This document shows, one piece after another, positions 30,155 to 33,517 of a stretch of DNA of 33,517 bases; positions within the stretch are counted from its first letter, which is position 1, and every line of letters begins with the position of its first letter. The notes below the pieces were generated by a model that was given only the letters and a program-made list of their open reading frames with translations, made no database searches and had not been told where the DNA came from. Origin of the DNA: a virus; IMG/VR virus record IMGVR_UViG_3300021255_000047, positions 1 to 33,517 of that record, one strand, 5' to 3'. Position numbers and translations under genes: made by a program.

Positions 30155-30902
30155 CTTTTTTCTCCGCCCTATACAGCATCAGGACCGCGTCCTCGCGCTT
30201 CACGAAACTTTGCGGCATGAGATTTCCAGCGGCGTCTCCCACGCTAATTCCGTTCTTTTTCGCCCAGTCCAGCGCCTCTTTCGCGTATGCGTCCGCCGGC
30301 TCTTTTCTTTTCTCTTCCTCGTAGCGCTTCATGTATTCTTTGAACTGCTCGTATGTCATCTCATCTTCCTCCAGATCATACTCGATCCAGGGCAGCTGTC
30401 CCCAGCAGGTCCACTTCCGGTAGCTGTACCCTTTGCGCGGAGCGTTCAGCGCGGTTATCTGGCAGCCGTCCTTCCAGACCGGCGTGCTTTCAACCACGAG
30501 GCCGTCTCCGATGTAAACGCCGATGTGTCCTTTCTTCCAGACCGCGGCTCCCGGCTTTATGTTCTTCCAGTCAGTCCTCTTGGCCGGGCAGCGCTCGATC
30601 ATCTGGTCCGCATTTATATCCGGGACGCCGTTGCTGGCGTATACTGCGCCTCCGTTGCGGTCTTTCAGATTGCCGGTCCATCCCCAGAGCATGGCCTTTA
30701 TCATACAAACGCAATCGACGCCGATTGTGTCGGATGTTGCCGCCAGCACCTTGCGTTTCCGCTCCGGCTGCGAATTATATCCGTTCGTCAGCGCCCTCTT
30801 TTTGTTTGATTCCGTCATGGGCCATCCCCAGCCGCCGTTCACATACAGCGTCTTTTGTTTGGAAAGCGCGACCAGCTTGTCGATGAGCTCACTCGCCTTC
30901 AT
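30144..30902 (-). CDS. Endolysin: NlpC/P60- or CHAP-like cysteine peptidase fold with a C-terminal SLH-like wall-binding motif
   Basis: Start MKASELIDKL at 30902. Candidate catalytic GVDCVCMIK and KGHIGVYIGDG. C-terminal AKEALDWAKKNGISVGDAAGNLMPQSFVKREDAVLMLYR resembles an SLH repeat. Follows the holins. Confidence 0.6.
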   Translation of the reverse strand: MKASELIDKLVALSKQKTLYVNGGWGWPMTESNKKRALTNGYNSQPERKRKVLAATSDTIGVDCVCMIKAMLWGWTGNLKDRNGGAVYASNGVPDINADQMIERCPAKRTDWKNIKPGAAVWKKGHIGVYIGDGLVVESTPVWKDGCQITALNAPRKGYSYRKWTCWGQLPWIEYDLEEDEMTYEQFKEYMKRYEEEKRKEPADAYAKEALDWAKKNGISVGDAAGNLMPQSFVKREDAVLMLYRAEKKDGK

Positions 30903-31107
30903 TCTTCGTGTCCTTATAATAGGCATGACTTGATATCCCGATCAGGATCCCGCAGAACGTTCCTATTGCTGCAATGGTCTTTGTGACGTTCTCCGCGTAT
31001 GGCAAATTCCAAATATCCGCCAGCGTGGAATAGAGCGTTATGATCGCCGGGAAAACGATCATACATATCCACTTCAAAACGTCATAAACCTTGTTCGGTA
31101 TCTTCAT
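30889..31107 (-). CDS. Holin (Dp-1-type holin family as recalled)
   Basis: Start MKIPNKVYDVLKWICMIVFPAIITLYSTLADIWNLPY at 31107. Two hydrophobic segments; immediately upstream of the lysin. Confidence 0.6.
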   Translation of the reverse strand: MKIPNKVYDVLKWICMIVFPAIITLYSTLADIWNLPYAENVTKTIAAIGTFCGILIGISSHAYYKDTKNEGE

Positions 31108-31342
31108 CTTTCTCGCCCTTCCTTTTCTGTTTCTGCCGCTCAATCCATCCCGCCACTATCAGCTCGATGATTGCTGATCCGAGGAAGTATTGTATAAGCG
31201 TTTCCGGCTCTGACTGAAACTTCCAGTAAATTATCAAAATCGCTATGGTAAAAAGAACGACCAGCGCGGCCAGTACGATCAACGCTATATCCAGCCCGCA
31301 CAGCTTCTTCCTCCGCCTCTTTTTCTTTCTCTTGGCCGCCAT
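31082..31342 (-). CDS. Second holin-like two-TM protein with a polybasic N-terminus (XhlB-position)
   Basis: Start MAAKRKKKRRRKK at 31342 (TGATG overlap with the upstream stop). Two TM segments and a charged C-terminus. Confidence 0.45.
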   Translation of the reverse strand: MAAKRKKKRRRKKLCGLDIALIVLAALVVLFTIAILIIYWKFQSEPETLIQYFLGSAIIELIVAGWIERQKQKRKGEKDEDTEQGL

Positions 31343-31629
31343 CAGCCCCGGGTCAGGATCCATCCAATCACGATCCCGACTATGCTGGAAATAATGGCCG
31401 TAATGAGGTTGTCCCAGCGCTTGACCGGTTTCTGCTCCAAAACGTCCACCTTCGCGTTCATCGCGTCGACCTTGTTTATAAGGCTGTTCTGCTTTTCGGC
31501 CATGACTGCGATGCTCGTGGCCATCTTGTTCAGCGCGGCGCGGTCCTGCTCCAGCTCGTGTATCCGCTGTTCGTGCGATTCGAGCTTCATCGTGTGTTCA
31601 TGTAGGGTTATTTCGAAGTTATCGGCCAC
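31342..31629 (-). CDS. xhlA: XhlA-like protein (coiled coil plus C-terminal TM)
   Basis: GTG start after GAGGT-A7. Long N-terminal coiled coil and C-terminal TM LITAIISSIVGIVIGWIL. First gene of the lysis block. Confidence 0.5.
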   Translation of the reverse strand: MADNFEITLHEHTMKLESHEQRIHELEQDRAALNKMATSIAVMAEKQNSLINKVDAMNAKVDVLEQKPVKRWDNLITAIISSIVGIVIGWILTRG

Positions 31630-31667
31630 TTTTTTTACCTCGCGAATGGCTTTGTCTTTTCGACCTC

Positions 31668-31696
31668 ATTATAACAGCCAGCCCTCCTAAACACAA
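31668..31696 (-). promoter_or_regulatory. Possible sigma70-type promoter for the lysis cassette
   Basis: Minus strand reads TTGTGT-N17-TATAAT in the 125-bp gap upstream of the xhlA-like gene. Confidence 0.4.
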
Positions 31697-31754
31697 CAAT
31701 TTGTGCGGAAAAGCTGGCTGCGTTTTGTGTTTGTTTTTGTGTCGTCGCGATCTG

Positions 31755-32525
31755 CTATGCAAATGCGAGTTTCTTCGGATCGGTCCATGCGCCGTTGTAA
31801 TAGCTCATAGAGTAGACCTCCGCTCCTGCCGCGTTTTGGTACTTGGTTATAAGGGCCGTGCCGTAGTTGGAGGCATTGGATTTATTGATTTGCACGGATA
31901 TAGTGCCGCCCGTGGTAAAAGGCGTGAACGCCGAAATCGCCATGCAAACATAGCGCGATGAGGTGACGGGCATTTCGCTTATCCATGTTTTCATTTTGGA
32001 CTTCATCAACGCGAGCGTTGTTATGCTTGAAGCATAAATGCCCTCATCATAGGGGAATGACGGGACTTCCGTCCAGCCGTCGGGCGCGGTTGTGCTTCCG
32101 TAGTAAGCCCCAAATGAAGTACCGCGAGCGCCGGTGCGCACAGGATTGCCCAGGGGGATAACGGATAGAACATCGCGATAGCCTGCGGAATATACGCCGA
32201 TATAGTAGTAGCCATCACCGCCGTCATAGTAGCCGAAGCGCGCCTCCGCATCCTGACAAGGGGCAATCTGCGTGGCGGTCATTGTGAACGCTCCCGTCGA
32301 GTTTGCAAATATTTGCAAAAGCGCAACACCTCTGTTCGCTTGCAAAAGCGAGCCATAGTTAGATACAAGAAGCGTTGTTGTATCGTTCCCCGTTCCCTTT
32401 CTTACCCTCGCAAAGGCGAGATAAGTTCTCGCGCTGTTGCCCAAGCCGAACCATTCGAGTGTTGCTCTTGGTATCTCCCAGTCATCATACGGACTGGTGT
32501 ATATCATCTGCTGCCTTGCTGCCAT
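31755..32525 (-). CDS. Putative tail fibre / receptor-binding protein (256 aa)
   Basis: Start MAARQQMIY at 32525. Beta-rich and Gly/Tyr/Ser-rich sequence; last gene of the tail block. Confidence 0.45.
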   Translation of the reverse strand: MAARQQMIYTSPYDDWEIPRATLEWFGLGNSARTYLAFARVRKGTGNDTTTLLVSNYGSLLQANRGVALLQIFANSTGAFTMTATQIAPCQDAEARFGYYDGGDGYYYIGVYSAGYRDVLSVIPLGNPVRTGARGTSFGAYYGSTTAPDGWTEVPSFPYDEGIYASSITTLALMKSKMKTWISEMPVTSSRYVCMAISAFTPFTTGGTISVQINKSNASNYGTALITKYQNAAGAEVYSMSYYNGAWTDPKKLAFA

Positions 32526-32527
32526 CT

Positions 32528-32629
32528 CTACTCTCCGAGCGCTTCTCTCACCGCTTCGCGCCATTTCAGCGGCACCTGGTCTATGGTCTTTTTCCCCTCT
32601 CTGATCATTCTAACGTAAAGTTCTACCAT
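32528..32629 (-). CDS. XkdX-like small protein (33 aa)
   Basis: Start MVELYVRMIREGKKTIDQVPLKWREAVREALGE at 32629, 6 nt after GGAGG. Size, sequence and location between fibre genes resemble XkdX-family proteins. Confidence 0.45.
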   Translation of the reverse strand: MVELYVRMIREGKKTIDQVPLKWREAVREALGE

Positions 32630-32630
32630 G

Positions 32631-33056
32631 TCATGCCTCCTCTCCTCCGACCAGCTCGGCAAGCTCCGCCACGGCCTCTTCAAGGATCCCGACGGTTTCG
32701 TTTGCATAAGTGAGCTTTTCATCGAGTTCTTCGTTCTTAGCTGTCAGCTCTTCGTTCTTTGCCTCCAGCTCACGCGCTCTTCTTTCCAGCGCCTTCGACT
32801 TGTTTTCTGGCAGCTCAGCTCCGGAGAAAATAACGGTCATCATGCCGGTGAGGTAATTCCTGTGAATGTCTCTCAAAACGGCCGAGTACAGGCGCACGAC
32901 CTCATGCCCCTGGTTGAACTCTACATATTCCGCGGTCTTGAATGCGTTTTCGATGTCCGATTCAAGCTCAAATCCTGCGACTGCAAAGTTCGCTGTGGTT
33001 GCCGGGCTGGAAACGTACACGGGAACGTCCAGCTCTAATACTCCAATCTTTATCAT
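32631..33056 (-). CDS. Tail-associated hypothetical protein with C-terminal coiled coil (141 aa)
   Basis: ORF in the fibre block with ELEAKNEELTAKNEELDEKL heptads. Confidence 0.45.
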   Translation of the reverse strand: MIKIGVLELDVPVYVSSPATTANFAVAGFELESDIENAFKTAEYVEFNQGHEVVRLYSAVLRDIHRNYLTGMMTVIFSGAELPENKSKALERRARELEAKNEELTAKNEELDEKLTYANETVGILEEAVAELAELVGGEEA

Positions 33057-33070
33057 TTCGAATTCCTCCC

Positions 33071-33436
33071 TTAACTAATTTTAGTATAACCGAAAGTGGC
33101 AAGAGCGCCAAGACCGAGGTTAGCGAATACCTGCCCTTTTTGGCCGGTGACGGTCGTTCCGGTGGACGCCTCGATGATCTCTCCTGTCAGGCTCTGCGCT
33201 ATCGTGAAAAAGACCGCGCCTTCTGTTCCCGCAGGAACGGCGCTTTCGGCCGCAGCCGCAGCCGCCGCCGCTCTTTCTGCGTAATATTTCGAATTATTCT
33301 GGTATGCGATGTCCGTCGAGCCGACGTCCGTTCCGTCTCTCTGTCCGACAGCCCAGGCCTCCGAATTGTGCCGCGCCATATCGAGGAGCGCTGCGTCCAT
33401 TGCCGGTCCGTTTAGTGCCGATACATATTTTGCCAT
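33071..33436 (-). CDS. Tail fibre N-terminal-like protein (121 aa)
   Basis: GGAGGAAAAC-ATG directly after the tail-tip gene stop. The NSKYYAERAAAAA motif resembles the xAKYYAEQA motif recalled from phage fibre N-termini. Confidence 0.5.
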   Translation of the reverse strand: MAKYVSALNGPAMDAALLDMARHNSEAWAVGQRDGTDVGSTDIAYQNNSKYYAERAAAAAAAAESAVPAGTEGAVFFTIAQSLTGEIIEASTGTTVTGQKGQVFANLGLGALATFGYTKIS

Positions 33437-33445
33437 GTTTTCCTC

Positions 33446-33517
33446 CTATACATACACGAGGACGAAGCCGTCCGCGCCTTGTCCGCCATACGAGCCATAA
33501 CCGCCGCGGCCGGGATT
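33446..33517 (-). CDS. 3' end of the glycine-rich tail-tip gene that starts at 2078
   Basis: The frame from base 1 continues through the overlap (33492-33517 equals 1-26) to TAG at 33446-33448. The non-redundant part is 33446-33491. Confidence 0.7.
   Translation of the reverse strand, partial: NPGRGGYGSYGGQGADGFVLVYV

Overview
The window is a complete, circularly closed phage genome of about 33,491 bp; bases 1-26 are repeated at 33492-33517. It is a tailed dsDNA phage with siphovirus-type morphogenesis genes (tape measure, no sheath). The host is probably a Gram-positive Bacillota/Clostridia-like bacterium, judged from AGGAGG-type SD sites, XhlA/XkdX-like genes and an SLH-like motif in the lysin. 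All credible genes (about 65) lie on the minus strand; the long plus-strand ORFs in the track are antisense artefacts. Gene order along the minus strand: (1) consensus early promoter and Cro-like HTH at about 26.0 kb; (2) recombination module: PD-(D/E)XK exonuclease, single-strand annealing protein, SSB, ERCC4 nuclease; (3) replication: CHC2 zinc-finger protein, DUF927/SF3-type helicase, then an iteron plus AT-rich ori-like region; (4) small early/middle genes including a tRNA-like element; (5) DNA-modification block: C5-MTase, MazG-like protein, ParB-N6/N4 MTase, GIY-YIG endonuclease; (6) terS, terL, portal, minor head protein, gp10-like protein, scaffold, major capsid, connectors, major tail, G/GT chaperones, tape measure, Dit-like protein, and a glycine-rich tail-tip protein that spans the circular junction; (7) fibre-like genes; (8) lysis cassette; (9) a terminator-insulated accessory cassette of unknown function. 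I found no integrase, CI-type repressor, rRNA, CRISPR array or transposase. The most unusual items are these. The C5 cytosine methyltransferase has a circularly permuted motif order (IV-VIII, TRD, IX-X, then I-II). It is split into two ORFs that overlap by 497 nt in two frames, with a G9 tract at the end of the overlap. A seven-gene low-complexity, Cys-rich, TNF-like cassette sits between lysis and early genes. An AT-rich GIY-YIG-associated replacement covers the 3' part of the ParB-MTase gene and leaves a relic of the old 3' end. There is also an iteron-flanked ori-like region, a degenerate tRNA-Leu-like element, and a helicase ending in an SSB-tail-like DDIPF.
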